Assembly: GCA_965279525.1 (NCBI GenBank)
Contig: CBDIIB010000005.1
Location: forward strand, 576,001-640,000
Length of the DNA stretch: 64,000 nt
Direction of reading: 5' to 3'
From: Tagaea sp.
GTDB taxonomy: Bacteria; Pseudomonadota; Alphaproteobacteria; CACIAM-22H2
Part shown: positions 10,703-20,831 of the stretch, one piece after another
Layout: each line of letters begins with the position of its first letter
How positions within the stretch are numbered: the stretch's first letter is position 1
Made by a program: the position numbers and the translations under genes
Notes under the pieces: model-generated
Databases searched by the model: none
Told to the model about the DNA's origin: nothing
What the model saw: the letters and a program-made list of their open reading frames with translations, nothing else

Positions 10703-11973
10703 TTCTTTCCGGCGATCTGCCAGCCGATGTCGCGCCGGCAGAAACCTTCGGGCCAGTCGATCTTGTCGACGGCCGCATAGGCCTGCGTCTGCGCCGCTTT
10801 CGCGTCCCTGCCGCGCCCGACGATGCCGAGCACGCGCCCGCCATTGGCAAGCACGCGCGGCCCGTCCTGCTTCGTGCCGGCATGGAAAACCGTCACGCCG
10901 GGCACCTTGGCCGCTTCGCCGAGCCCCTTTATCTCGGTGCCCTTCTTCGGCGTTTCAGGATAGCCCTCGGCCGCCATCACGACGCAGAGCGCGGTGTCGT
11001 CGTGCCAGCGCAGTTCGAAACGGTCGAGCCCGCCGTCGGCCGACGCGATCAACGCGGGCAGCACGTCGGACTTCAGGCGCGGGATCAGGACCTGGGTTTC
11101 CGGATCGCCGAAACGCACGTTGAACTCGATGAGCTGCGGCCCCTTCGCCCCGATCATCAGGCCGACGAACAGCACGCCCTTGAAGGGGCTGCCTTCCTTC
11201 CTCATGCCGGCGAGCGTGGGAAGGACGATCTCGTCCATCACCCGCTTCTGCATGGCACCGTCGCACACGGGCGTGGGCGAATAGGCCCCCATGCCGCCGG
11301 TATTCGGGCCGGTGTCGCCGTCGCCCACGCGCTTGTGGTCCTGGGCGGCAGCGAGCGGCAGCGCGTTCGTGCCGTCGCACAGCGCGAAGAAGCTCGCTTC
11401 CACGCCGTCGAGGAAGCCTTCGATGACGAGTTCGGCGCCGGCCGCCCCGAAGCGCTTGTCGAGCATCGAGGCATCGATTGCGGCGAGCGCTTCTTCGACC
11501 GTCGTCGCCACGACCACGCCCTTGCCCGCGGCAAGCCCGTCGGTCTTCACGACGATGGGCGCGCCTTGCGCATGCACATACGCGATGGCCTTGTCGCGGT
11601 CGGTGAAGCGCGCATAGGCCGCGGTGGGAACACCGTGGCGCGCGCAGAAATCCTTCATGAAGCCCTTGGAGCCTTCAAGCCGCGCGGCCGCCGCGTTCGG
11701 CCCGAACGCCTTGATGCCGGCGGCGGCGAGCCGGTCGACGAGCCCGGCCGCCAGCGGGTCTTCGGGGCCGACGACGACGAAGTCGATCTTCTCGCGCTTC
11801 GCGAGATCCACGATGCCGTCAAGATCCATCGCCGCGACCGGCACGCATTCGGCCTCGGCCGCGATCCCGGCATTGCCGGGCGCACAGAACAGCTTGGTGC
11901 ATAGCGGCGATGCCGCGATCGACCAGCACAGCGCATGTTCGCGCCCGCCCGAACCGACGACCAGGATCCGCAT
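10699..11973 (-). CDS. purD: Phosphoribosylamine--glycine ligase
   Basis: MRILVVGSGGREHAL, QDHKRVGDGDTGPNTGGMGAY. Confidence 0.97.
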   Translation of the reverse strand: MRILVVGSGGREHALCWSIAASPLCTKLFCAPGNAGIAAEAECVPVAAMDLDGIVDLAKREKIDFVVVGPEDPLAAGLVDRLAAAGIKAFGPNAAAARLEGSKGFMKDFCARHGVPTAAYARFTDRDKAIAYVHAQGAPIVVKTDGLAAGKGVVVATTVEEALAAIDASMLDKRFGAAGAELVIEGFLDGVEASFFALCDGTNALPLAAAQDHKRVGDGDTGPNTGGMGAYSPTPVCDGAMQKRVMDEIVLPTLAGMRKEGSPFKGVLFVGLMIGAKGPQLIEFNVRFGDPETQVLIPRLKSDVLPALIASADGGLDRFELRWHDDTALCVVMAAEGYPETPKKGTEIKGLGEAAKVPGVTVFHAGTKQDGPRVLANGGRVLGIVGRGRDAKAAQTQAYAAVDKIDWPEGFCRRDIGWQIAGKK

Positions 11974-12034
11974 CCGACTCGGCACTCCCGCTATTCAAAC
12001 CGCACGGCTTGTATCATAAAGGCAGGACAACGCC

Positions 12035-13504
12035 ATGACCGACCCGCGCGGCAACCTGCCGGAATATTCCGTCTCCGAACTGTCCCAGGCCGTCAAACGC
12101 ACGGTCGAGGACAATTTCGAGATCGTGCGCGTGCGCGGCGAGATTTCCGGCTTCAAGCGCCACTCGTCGGGCCATCTCTATTTCTCGCTGAAGGACGCCG
12201 ATGCCGCCATCGACGGCGTGTGCTGGCGCGGCTCGGCCGGCAAGCTCGGCATCAAGCCCGAGGACGGCATGGAGGTCGTCGCGACCGGGCGGCTGACCAC
12301 CTATCCCGGCCGCTCGAAATACCAGATCGTCGTCGAGCGCATGGAACTGGCGGGCCAGGGTGCGCTGCTCAAGCTCATCGAGGACCGCAAGAAGCGTCTG
12401 GCGGCCGAAGGCCTGTTCGACTCGGGGCGCAAGCGCCGCCTGCCCTACCTGCCCGACGTCATCGGCGTCATCACGTCGCCGACCGGGGCGGTGATCCGCG
12501 ACATCCTGCACCGCCTCGCCGACCGCTTTCCGCGCCACGTCATCGTGTGGCCGGTCGCAGTACAAGGCGAAGGCGCGGCCGAGCAGGTCGCGACCGCGAT
12601 CCGCGGCTTCAACGCGCTCGTGCCCGGCGGCAAGGTGCCGCGCCCGGATGTGCTGATCGTCGCGCGCGGCGGCGGCAGCCTTGAAGACCTGATGGCCTTC
12701 AACGAGGAGATCGTCGTGCGCGCGGCGGCGGAAAGCGAGATCCCGCTGGTCTCCGCCGTCGGCCACGAGACCGACACGACGCTGATCGATTTCGCGTCGG
12801 ACGTGCGCGCCCCCACGCCGACCGCCGCCGCCGAGATGGTGGTACCCGTGCGCCAGGAACTGGCCGCCCGCATCGCGCGCGCCGGCGCCACGCTGGAAGC
12901 CAGCCTCGAACGCACGCTCGACGAGCGGCGCACGCGCATCGCCGCTGCCGCGCGCGCGCTGGGCGATCCCAAGCGGATGCTCGACGAGCGCGCACAGCGC
13001 GTGGACGAGCGCGGCGAACGGCTGAAGTTGGCAATCGTCGCCAGCCTCGATGCGCGCCGCCGCCGTACGCTGGAGCTGGGGGCGCGCCTGCCCGATCCCA
13101 AGACGCAGCTTGAACGCGCACGCGGCCAGTTGCTGCGCCTCGGCGGCTCGCTTGCCGCCAACGCGGGTGCCCGCAAGACCGCACTGGCGCGCGAAACCAC
13201 GCATCTGGTCGATCTGCTGGGGCGCGCGAAAGCAGGCTCGCTGCGCGGGCTCGACACGCGCGGCCAGCGCGTGAAATCGCTGGGCGAGCTGCTGGAAAGC
13301 TTCTCCTATAAGAAAGTGCTCGAACGCGGCTTCGCGCTCGTCAGCGACGCCGACGGCAAACCGATCCAATCCGTCACGAAGGCGAAGCCGGGTGCCGCCG
13401 TCACGCTCACCTTCGCCGACGGCAAGGCGGGCGCGACCATCGACGGTGAGAAAAAGAAGCACGGCCCCGGCACGCCGCCCGCCAAGCAAGGCTCGCTGCT
13501 GTGA
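12035..13504 (+). CDS. xseA: Exodeoxyribonuclease VII large subunit
   Basis: SGHLYFSLKD, ARGGGSLEDL, VGHETD, APTPTAAAE. Confidence 0.96.
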   Translation: MTDPRGNLPEYSVSELSQAVKRTVEDNFEIVRVRGEISGFKRHSSGHLYFSLKDADAAIDGVCWRGSAGKLGIKPEDGMEVVATGRLTTYPGRSKYQIVVERMELAGQGALLKLIEDRKKRLAAEGLFDSGRKRRLPYLPDVIGVITSPTGAVIRDILHRLADRFPRHVIVWPVAVQGEGAAEQVATAIRGFNALVPGGKVPRPDVLIVARGGGSLEDLMAFNEEIVVRAAAESEIPLVSAVGHETDTTLIDFASDVRAPTPTAAAEMVVPVRQELAARIARAGATLEASLERTLDERRTRIAAAARALGDPKRMLDERAQRVDERGERLKLAIVASLDARRRRTLELGARLPDPKTQLERARGQLLRLGGSLAANAGARKTALARETTHLVDLLGRAKAGSLRGLDTRGQRVKSLGELLESFSYKKVLERGFALVSDADGKPIQSVTKAKPGAAVTLTFADGKAGATIDGEKKKHGPGTPPAKQGSLL

Positions 13505-14307
13505 AACGCCTCGCGGTGCTGCTCGCACTGCTCGCGGTCCCGGCGGGCGCACAGGAGGTGCGCTTCGAAGGGCAGTTCGTGCAAGGCGGGCTCGTTTTCG
13601 GCACCACGCAACCCGGCGCTTCCGTCGCCCTCGACGGGCAGGCCGTGCGCGTGTCGCAAGGCGGGCGCTTCGTCATCGGCTTCGCGCGCGAAGCGCCGCG
13701 CGCCGCACGGCTCGACGTTTCGGCCGGCGGTGCGGGTCGCACGATCGAGCTTGCGATCGCCGCGCGCCGCTTCGACATCCAGCGCATCGATGGCCTGCCG
13801 GAAGCGAAAGTCACACCCGATCCCGCAGCACTGGCGCGCATCGCGGCGGAGAACGTGAAGCTCGTCGCGGCCCGCCGGCGCGACACGCCCGAAGCCCTGT
13901 TCGCCGGCGGTTTCCGCTGGCCGGCCACGGGGCCGATCAGCGGCGTCTATGGCAGCCAGCGCATCCTGAACGGCCAGCCGCGCGCCCCGCATCTGGGCGT
14001 GGACGTGGCGCGCCCGACCGGCACGCCCGTCGTGGCGGCGGCCGACGGGATCGTGTCGCTTGCCGAGCCCGATCTTTTCTTCACCGGCGGCACGCTGGTC
14101 ATCGACCATGGCCATGGGTTGAGCTCGATCTACGCGCACCTGTCGCGCATCGATGTCGGCCTGGGCCGGCGCGTGCGGCAGGGCGAGCCGGTCGCGGCCA
14201 TCGGCGCCACCGGGCGCGTGACGGGTGCGCATCTGCACTGGGGCCTGACCTGGTTCGACGTGCGCCTCGACCCCGCCCTCGTCGTGCCGCCGATGCCGGC
14301 GGACTGA
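13501..14307 (+). CDS. M23 family metallopeptidase
   Basis: Signal peptide; HLGVD, YAHLS, HLHW. Confidence 0.92.
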   Translation: MKRLAVLLALLAVPAGAQEVRFEGQFVQGGLVFGTTQPGASVALDGQAVRVSQGGRFVIGFAREAPRAARLDVSAGGAGRTIELAIAARRFDIQRIDGLPEAKVTPDPAALARIAAENVKLVAARRRDTPEALFAGGFRWPATGPISGVYGSQRILNGQPRAPHLGVDVARPTGTPVVAAADGIVSLAEPDLFFTGGTLVIDHGHGLSSIYAHLSRIDVGLGRRVRQGEPVAAIGATGRVTGAHLHWGLTWFDVRLDPALVVPPMPAD

Positions 14308-14308
14308 C

Positions 14309-14773
14309 ATGACGGCGACCTTCCGCCCCGCCCGCACCGACGAAGGACCGCTGCTGCGCGAGATCACGCGCATCGCCTATGCCAAGTGGGTCGAACCCAT
14401 CGGCCGCGAGCCGCGCCCGATGGTGGCCGACCACGACGCGGCCGTGCGCGAGCATCTCGTCGAGTTCGTCGAGATGGACGGCAAGGTCGTGGCCGCCGTC
14501 GAACTCGTGCCGCAGGAGGGTTACCTGCTGGTCGAAAACATCGCCGTGCGGCCCGAGGCCCAACGCCGCGGGCTTGGCGACACGATCCTCGAACGCGCCG
14601 AACAGGTCGCGCGCGAACTGAAGTTGCCGGTCATGCGCCTTTATACGCACAGCCGCATGGGCACGAATGTCGACTGGTACCTGAAGCGCGGCTACGCGAT
14701 CGAACGCGAGGAACCGTTCGGCAACGGCAATCGCGTCCACTTCGTCAAGACGCTGCCGGTGCAGGTCGCCTAG
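14309..14773 (+). CDS. GNAT family N-acetyltransferase
   Basis: VENIAVRPEAQRRGLG, YLKRGY. Confidence 0.9.
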   Translation: MTATFRPARTDEGPLLREITRIAYAKWVEPIGREPRPMVADHDAAVREHLVEFVEMDGKVVAAVELVPQEGYLLVENIAVRPEAQRRGLGDTILERAEQVARELKLPVMRLYTHSRMGTNVDWYLKRGYAIEREEPFGNGNRVHFVKTLPVQVA

Positions 14774-15501
14774 ACCAGCGGTACGCTGTGCATCAGCGCG
14801 ATGGCGTTGCGGTCCACGCGCAGCGCGCGCATGTCCGCCTGGCGGATGCCGTCGGTTTCCTCGGCGATCGCACGCACTGCATCGCGCTGGGCGATCGAGG
14901 CGACGATGCCCGAGAGCGACGCGACACCCTTGGCGACCGCAACCGAGACCATCGTGCTGCCGATCCACGGTTCGCGCGCGATGCGCTTGCGGATCGCCGC
15001 CGCGGCCGCGGCATCGTCGGCGGCATGGACGGCGACCTTGTCGTCGGCCGAGCGGACGAAGGCGGCGACGATGTCGGCGCGCGAGACCACGCCGACGACC
15101 TTGCCTTCGTCGACGATCGGGATGCGCTTGACCTTGTGCTGTTCCATCAGCTCGGCCAGCGCCACGACCGGCGTGCCGGGGGTGGCGAAGACGCAGCTGC
15201 GCGTCATCACGTCGGCCACGCGCCGCCCGTGCGCGCGCGCATACTGGCGAGCAAGGTCGCGGTCGGGCACGAGCAGGTTGAGCCACCACGAACCCTTCTT
15301 GCGCGATCCCAATTCGGCGCGGTGCACGAGATCGCCCTCGCTGACGATCCCGAGCAGCCGCTTCTTCGAATCGAGGACCAACAGCGCGCTGACCTTGCGC
15401 TTGAGCATGAATTCGGCCGCCAGCCGCACGCCGGCACCCGGCGCGATGGCGGCAAGCTTCGTCGACATGATGTCGCTGGCGAGAAGGGTCCTGGTGGCCA
15501 T
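14770..15501 (-). CDS. CBS-pair plus BON domain protein
   Basis: GIVSEGDL...VKRIPIV..GVVSRADI followed by a BON-like C-terminus. Confidence 0.88.
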   Translation of the reverse strand: MATRTLLASDIMSTKLAAIAPGAGVRLAAEFMLKRKVSALLVLDSKKRLLGIVSEGDLVHRAELGSRKKGSWWLNLLVPDRDLARQYARAHGRRVADVMTRSCVFATPGTPVVALAELMEQHKVKRIPIVDEGKVVGVVSRADIVAAFVRSADDKVAVHAADDAAAAAAIRKRIAREPWIGSTMVSVAVAKGVASLSGIVASIAQRDAVRAIAEETDGIRQADMRALRVDRNAIALMHSVPLV

Positions 15502-15502
15502 G

Positions 15503-15547
15503 GCGCGTTCCTCCGGTTTTTCGTATCCGGTATAGATAGGAACGCGC
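15503..15547 (-). promoter_or_regulatory. Leader hairpin occluding the SD of the CBS-BON gene
   Basis: GCGCGTTCCT...AGGAACGCGC perfect 10-bp inverted repeat plus inner CCGG/CCGG covering GGAGG. Confidence 0.45.
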
Positions 15548-15569
15548 GGGCCGTTTCGGTAGTGGCCGC

Positions 15570-17240
15570 TCAGGCGTCGGGGAGCTGGCGGGCATCCGCG
15601 ACGACGCGCACGGCGAGCGTGCCCTGCCGGCCGCGGATGTCCGTTGTCGCCTCGGGAAATGCAGACAGGTCGAGCCCGCTTGCCGCCACCGCGTCGGCCG
15701 AAAGCAGCAACTCCGCACCGAATTTCTTGGTCAGCGCTTCAAGCCGGCTGGCGGTATTGACCGTATCGCCGATGGCGGTGAACTGGCGCGCCTGCGCGTA
15801 GCCCATCTCGCCGACGATGGCCGGTCCCGTATGGATGCCGATGCCGATGCGCAACGGCGCCGGCAGGTCGTGCGACAGCGCGTCGTTCAGCGCCACGAGC
15901 CGTTCGATCATCGCCTTGGCGCCCGCGATCGCCTCGCGCGTGCCCTTGGCGGGGCCGCTTTCCACGCCGAACAGCGCCACGATGCCGTCACCGACGAACT
16001 TGTCGAGCCGCCCGCCGGATTTTTCGATGGCGGCCCCCATCTCGGCGAAATAGCGGTTGAGCAGGAACACGACGTCGTAGGGAAGCTTGGATTCCGACAG
16101 CGTGGTGAAGCCGCGCAGGTCGGCGAACATCACGGCGATGGTTTTTTCGCTGCCGGCGGAATCGCGCTCGGTGCGCCTTGCTGTCTGCGGGCCGGCATTG
16201 GCGGGCAGCAGCGGCAGCACCGCGACGTCGCCGGTGGGCCGCGCCTGGCAGGCCAGCCGCACGCCGGGCGGAGCGCCCACGCGTGCCAGCACGGCAAGTT
16301 CCTCGGGTGCAGCGGGCGGAACGTTCGCCTCGCCGCGCTCGATGCGCACGCGGCAGGTCGAGCAGCGCCCGCGCCCGCCGCACACGGAAGCATGTGCGAT
16401 TCGGGCCGACCGGCTCGCGTCGAGGATCGTCGCCCCCAGCGGCTGCACGACGACCTGCCCGTCGGGATAGGCGACCGCGAAGCGCCCGGCGCGATGCTCG
16501 GCCCAGTCGCGCACGCGGCGTGCGGCGAGCGCGCCCGCGATGGCCAGCGCCCAGACGAGATAGATCCAGTCCTTGATCGTCCCGAGCAGCGCCTGGCCGG
16601 CCGCGTCCGGCATCCGATAGCGCTGCGGCAGGCCTGCGCGCCACGCGGGGTCGGCATAGAGGGCCGCCACCTCGCGCGCACCGGCCTGATAGCCCGCGAT
16701 CGCGGCGGTCGCCAGCACCACCGCGAGGCCGAACAGGATCAGGCGCACGCGCGGATAGAAGGGCTTGAGGCGCAGCCAGTAGTGCATGCCGATGCAGCCA
16801 TGCGTCCACGCGAGCACGAGACCGCCCACGATCATCATTCCGCCGAGCGGATCGAAATTCGTGCCGATCAGCACGATCAGCGTGTGGAACGGCGTGGTGT
16901 CGAGCAGGGCGGGGCCAAGGCGTGCCGGCACGACGTGGCTCGCCATCAGCGGGATCACCAGCAGGCCGGCGGCAAGCTGCAGGATCTCGCCACGCGACAT
17001 CGCACGCAGATCACGCCGCGCATAGATCGCATAGAGTGCGAGCGCCAGATGCGTGGCGAGTGCCCCGTAGAGCAGGAACTGCACGGGCCACAGGCGCACG
17101 ATGGCGAACATCACGCCCGCGTAGGCTTCCGCCGCAGCGAGCGAGACCGCCATCGTCGCGTGGTTGGCGAGATGGAACGCGACATAGGTGAACAGCACGA
17201 GCCCGCTGGCAAGGCGCAGCTGGCGCACGGTGAACTTCAC
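15570..17240 (-). CDS. Membrane adenylate cyclase with 2Fe-2S ferredoxin domain (CyaC-like)
   Basis: His-containing TM region, CGGRGRCSTC...C, FADLRGFT, KFVGDG, GDTVNTASRLE. Confidence 0.92.
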   Translation of the reverse strand: MKFTVRQLRLASGLVLFTYVAFHLANHATMAVSLAAAEAYAGVMFAIVRLWPVQFLLYGALATHLALALYAIYARRDLRAMSRGEILQLAAGLLVIPLMASHVVPARLGPALLDTTPFHTLIVLIGTNFDPLGGMMIVGGLVLAWTHGCIGMHYWLRLKPFYPRVRLILFGLAVVLATAAIAGYQAGAREVAALYADPAWRAGLPQRYRMPDAAGQALLGTIKDWIYLVWALAIAGALAARRVRDWAEHRAGRFAVAYPDGQVVVQPLGATILDASRSARIAHASVCGGRGRCSTCRVRIERGEANVPPAAPEELAVLARVGAPPGVRLACQARPTGDVAVLPLLPANAGPQTARRTERDSAGSEKTIAVMFADLRGFTTLSESKLPYDVVFLLNRYFAEMGAAIEKSGGRLDKFVGDGIVALFGVESGPAKGTREAIAGAKAMIERLVALNDALSHDLPAPLRIGIGIHTGPAIVGEMGYAQARQFTAIGDTVNTASRLEALTKKFGAELLLSADAVAASGLDLSAFPEATTDIRGRQGTLAVRVVADARQLPDA

Positions 17241-17962
17241 CGCAGCGCCTCGGCTTCAAGACGTGTCGTCGCCGTCTCGATGCGCTGCTCGAGCTCGCGC
17301 ATGAACGCCGCGCGCGAAAGGCCCGGCTCAATCGGGTCCAGCACCTCGACCACGATGGTGCCCGCGCGCTTGACGAAACTGCGCCGGCCCCAGAAGACGC
17401 CTGAATTGAGCGCCACCGGCACGCAGCCGGCGCCGAGCTTCGAATAGAGGCCCGCCACGCCCGGATGGTAGGGCCAGTCGGCCGTCGATGCCCCCGGCGG
17501 CACGCGTGTACCCTGCGGGAAGATCACGATCTGCTGGCCGCCGGCAATGGCGGCCGTCGCGCGCTCGAGCATCCGCTTCAGCGCCGCCGCCCCGCCCTTG
17601 CGGTCGACCGGGATGTTGCCCTGCTTGTAGGCGAGCCAGCCATAGAGCGGGACCGACAGCAGCTCCTTCTTCATCACGTAGGCCGGATCGGGGCTGATCG
17701 TGTGGAAGATCATCGTGTCCCAAGCCGACTGGTGCTTGGCGGCGATCAGGCCGGGCTTGCGCAGCAACTCGACGCGTCCGCGCAGCTCGTAGCGCAGGCC
17801 ACAGAAGGTCGCGAGACCCCAGGTGAGGCCGCGCATCCACACCTTGCCGACCAGGCACGACCAGCGCCGCGCCATCAGGTGCGTGGGCAGCGTCAGCACG
17901 AGCAGCACCCATGTCAGCGCGAAGAACCAGATGTTGAAGAGCAGCGAACCCACGAACGTCAC
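17237..17962 (-). CDS. plsC: 1-acyl-sn-glycerol-3-phosphate acyltransferase
   Basis: KHQSAWD, FPQGTR, PVALNSG. Confidence 0.9.
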   Translation of the reverse strand: MTFVGSLLFNIWFFALTWVLLVLTLPTHLMARRWSCLVGKVWMRGLTWGLATFCGLRYELRGRVELLRKPGLIAAKHQSAWDTMIFHTISPDPAYVMKKELLSVPLYGWLAYKQGNIPVDRKGGAAALKRMLERATAAIAGGQQIVIFPQGTRVPPGASTADWPYHPGVAGLYSKLGAGCVPVALNSGVFWGRRSFVKRAGTIVVEVLDPIEPGLSRAAFMRELEQRIETATTRLEAEALR

Positions 17963-18597
17963 GGCGATTCTCCCGGAGCGGCGGCACCCGGTTCGATGCC
18001 GACGGGCGGCACATAGGGCCGCAGCACCGCGACAACATATTTGTGATACTCGGCCTGCACCAGCGCATAGGTGCCGGGCCAGCGCCACCACGCGTCGATG
18101 CGGAAGGCGTCGGGAAACACCGGGTGCGGCACGATCCCGATTTCGGGCATCGCGCGGCGGAACTCCAGCAGCGAGCGGCGCATGTGGTAGTTGGCGGTGA
18201 CGAGCCGCAGGCTCGAATACCCCTCGCGCGCCATCCAGGCCGCCGTTTCGGCGGCATTGCCGAACGTCGAATCGGCCGCGTAGCCGAGCTCGACGCAGCA
18301 TTCGACCGAGTCCGGTTCCTGGCGGGCCACGCGCAGCAGTTCCTGCACGTCCACGCCGCGATAGACGCCCGACACGAGCAGCTTCCTGCCCTTGCCTTCG
18401 GCCAGCAGGCGCAGACCCTCGCGCAGGCGTGCCGGCCCGCCGGTCAGCACGACGATGGCGTCTGTGGTGCGGGTCTCGTCGGCCGCCGCGCGCGGGATCG
18501 TCTGGGCAAACCACGCAAGCCCGCAGAAATAGAGCACGACCGCGCCCGCGATGGCGATCGCGACCCACGCGACCGGCCGGTTCGCGCGGCCCTTCAT
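17959..18597 (-). CDS. YdcF/DUF218 family protein
   Basis: DAIVVLTGG, STFGNA, VTANYHMRR. Confidence 0.9.
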   Translation of the reverse strand: MKGRANRPVAWVAIAIAGAVVLYFCGLAWFAQTIPRAAADETRTTDAIVVLTGGPARLREGLRLLAEGKGRKLLVSGVYRGVDVQELLRVARQEPDSVECCVELGYAADSTFGNAAETAAWMAREGYSSLRLVTANYHMRRSLLEFRRAMPEIGIVPHPVFPDAFRIDAWWRWPGTYALVQAEYHKYVVAVLRPYVPPVGIEPGAAAPGESP

Positions 18598-19145
18598 GCG
18601 CTGCCCTTGGACAGCAGCACCTCGACCGCGTCGGCCAGCGTCTCGTGGATCGCGACGGGCAGCGTTTCGGGTGGCAGGCCCTGGGCTTGCGTGCGCGCCC
18701 CATGCCCGGTGCGCACCAGATGGCGCGGGCAGCCGATCGATGCCGCCGCCTGCATGTCGGTCGCCGTGTCGCCGATGAACGGCGTGTCGCGCGCGGCAGC
18801 ACCGAAGCGCTGAAGCGCATCCGTCAGCATGCCGGGGGCGGGCTTGCGGCAGCGCGAGGGCCGGCCGGGCGCATCGGGGCAATGGAAGATCGCGTCGAGC
18901 CGGGCGCGCTCGCGCGCCAGTTCCGAGTACAGCTTCTCGTGGATGCGCGCCAGCATCGCCTCGTCGAAGATGCCGCGCCCGATGGGCGACTGGTTGGTGC
19001 ACACGGCGACAAGGATGCCCGCCGCGTTGAGCCGCGCCACGGCGGCGGCGGCACCCGGCAGCAGCACGAGCTCGCCGGGGTTGCGCACATAGTCCGCGCG
19101 GTCGACGTTCAGCACGCCGTCGCGATCGAGCAGCACGAGCTTCAT
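18594..19145 (-). CDS. gmhB: D-glycero-D-manno-heptose 1,7-bisphosphate phosphatase (HAD)
   Basis: LLDRDGVLN, TNQS, CRKPAPGM, IGD. Confidence 0.85.
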   Translation of the reverse strand: MKLVLLDRDGVLNVDRADYVRNPGELVLLPGAAAAVARLNAAGILVAVCTNQSPIGRGIFDEAMLARIHEKLYSELARERARLDAIFHCPDAPGRPSRCRKPAPGMLTDALQRFGAAARDTPFIGDTATDMQAAASIGCPRHLVRTGHGARTQAQGLPPETLPVAIHETLADAVEVLLSKGSA

Positions 19146-19156
19146 CGCCTGCCGTT

Positions 19157-20026
19157 CTACAGGATACGGCCGAGGTTGCGCATCACCGTCGAATAGGCGG
19201 CGGCCGCCGCCACGACCGTCGCGGCGAGCGGGATGCCGGCCAGCGCTACCCAGTCGAACGCGGTCAGCGCCGGCAGCGGAAAGGCCAGCGTGCCCGCCGA
19301 ACTGGCGATGGAATGCGCCAGTGCGAGCACGGCCGCCCCGCCGAGTGCGCCCGTCGCCGAGCCCGCGAAGGCAAGGCGCATCGCGGCATGCGCGAACTGG
19401 CCGGCAATGTAGCCGTCCTCGGCGCCGACGAGATGCAGGAGATCGACCGCCTCGCGATGCATGGCAAGGCCGGCGCGCGTGGCGAACGCAACGCAGCTTG
19501 CCGCCGCCAGCCCGACCGCGACGACGACGATGGACGCCACGATCAGGGCCGCACGCGCAAGTGCCAGGAACCCGCCCAGCCAGCGCGCATGGTCGTCGAC
19601 CGCCGTACCGGGGACCAAGGCTGCAAGGCGGGCTTCGAGCGCACGCACGTCGGGCGTGGCCCCGTCGCGCAGCTTGACGTCGACGAGACCCGGGATCGGC
19701 AAGCCGGCGAGATTGCCCGCCCCCAGCCACGGGGCCAGCAGCGCTTCGGCCCGGCGCCGGTCGATGGGCTCGACGCGCAGGACCGAAGGATCGGCGCGCA
19801 GTGCGCGCAGGACGGCGGTGTTGTCGGCACCGGCCGGCAGTTCGACCGTCAGCGTGCCCTGGAAGCTCGCCTGCCAGCGCCCGGCGGTGCCGGCAAGTGC
19901 CAGGGCAAGCCCGAGGGCAAGCGTGGCGAGGAAGGCGAGTGCGCCCACCACGGCCGCGATCCAGCGCCGTTCCTTGTCGCGTTCGAGGGCAAGCTCGCCG
20001 CCGAGGCCGAGACGGAAACCGATCAT
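19157..20026 (-). CDS. ftsX: Cell division permease FtsX
   Basis: Multi-TM protein after ftsE; LLHLVGAEDGYIA motif. Confidence 0.88.
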   Translation of the reverse strand: MIGFRLGLGGELALERDKERRWIAAVVGALAFLATLALGLALALAGTAGRWQASFQGTLTVELPAGADNTAVLRALRADPSVLRVEPIDRRRAEALLAPWLGAGNLAGLPIPGLVDVKLRDGATPDVRALEARLAALVPGTAVDDHARWLGGFLALARAALIVASIVVVAVGLAAASCVAFATRAGLAMHREAVDLLHLVGAEDGYIAGQFAHAAMRLAFAGSATGALGGAAVLALAHSIASSAGTLAFPLPALTAFDWVALAGIPLAATVVAAAAAYSTVMRNLGRIL

Positions 20027-20691
20027 GCGGCCTTCGCGTGCCGGCTGAGCGTGCCGTCGTCGAGCCGCAGCTCGGGATGGCGCGACTCGCGCACGAGCTG
20101 CAGGTTGTGGGTCGCGATCACGATGGTGGTGCCCAGCCTGTTCAGCTCCTCGAACAGGCGCATCAGGCGGATGGCGATGCGGTCGTCGACGTTGCCGGTC
20201 GGCTCGTCGGCGATCAGCAGCTGCGGGCGGCCGATGATCGCGCGCGCGATGGCCACGCGCTGCTTCTGCCCGCCCGACAGCGTGGGCGGCAGGGCGCCCA
20301 GATGCTCGCCGAGGCCGACCCAGGCCAGCAGCTCGGCCGCGTGCTCGCGCACCTGGCGCTCCTCGGTGCCCTGCACGCGCAGCGGAAGGGCCACGTTATC
20401 GACGACCGAAAGATGGTCGAGCAGGCGGAAATCCTGGAAGACGGTGCCGATCCGCCGGCGCAGGCCCGGCAGTTCGGCGCGCACGACGCGCGACACGTCG
20501 CGCCCGAACAGGTGGACCGTGCCGCGCGAGGGGACCCGCGCCAGATAGAGGAGCGACAGCAGCGAGGACTTGCCCGCCCCCGATGCCCCGGTCAGGAAAT
20601 GGAAGCTGCCGGGGGCAAGCTCGAAACTGACGTCGCGCAGGACTTCGGGCCCGAGGCCGTAGCGCAAACCCACCTGCTGGAAAATCACCAT
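20023..20691 (-). CDS. ftsE: Cell division ATP-binding protein FtsE
   Basis: GASGAGKS, VFQDFRLL, LSGGQKQR, ADEPTGNVD. Confidence 0.94.
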   Translation of the reverse strand: MVIFQQVGLRYGLGPEVLRDVSFELAPGSFHFLTGASGAGKSSLLSLLYLARVPSRGTVHLFGRDVSRVVRAELPGLRRRIGTVFQDFRLLDHLSVVDNVALPLRVQGTEERQVREHAAELLAWVGLGEHLGALPPTLSGGQKQRVAIARAIIGRPQLLIADEPTGNVDDRIAIRLMRLFEELNRLGTTIVIATHNLQLVRESRHPELRLDDGTLSRHAKAA

Positions 20692-20831
20692 TTCGAACGT
20701 CCCCGGCCACTGCGGGGATGGTTGCATGCACCGGACGGCACCCGCAAGCTTGCCCCCGCGCGCCGCGCCGACCTATAAAAGCATCTGGAATCCGCAACTT
20801 CGTCCAACCTAGAGCCCGTGTCGACCGGACC

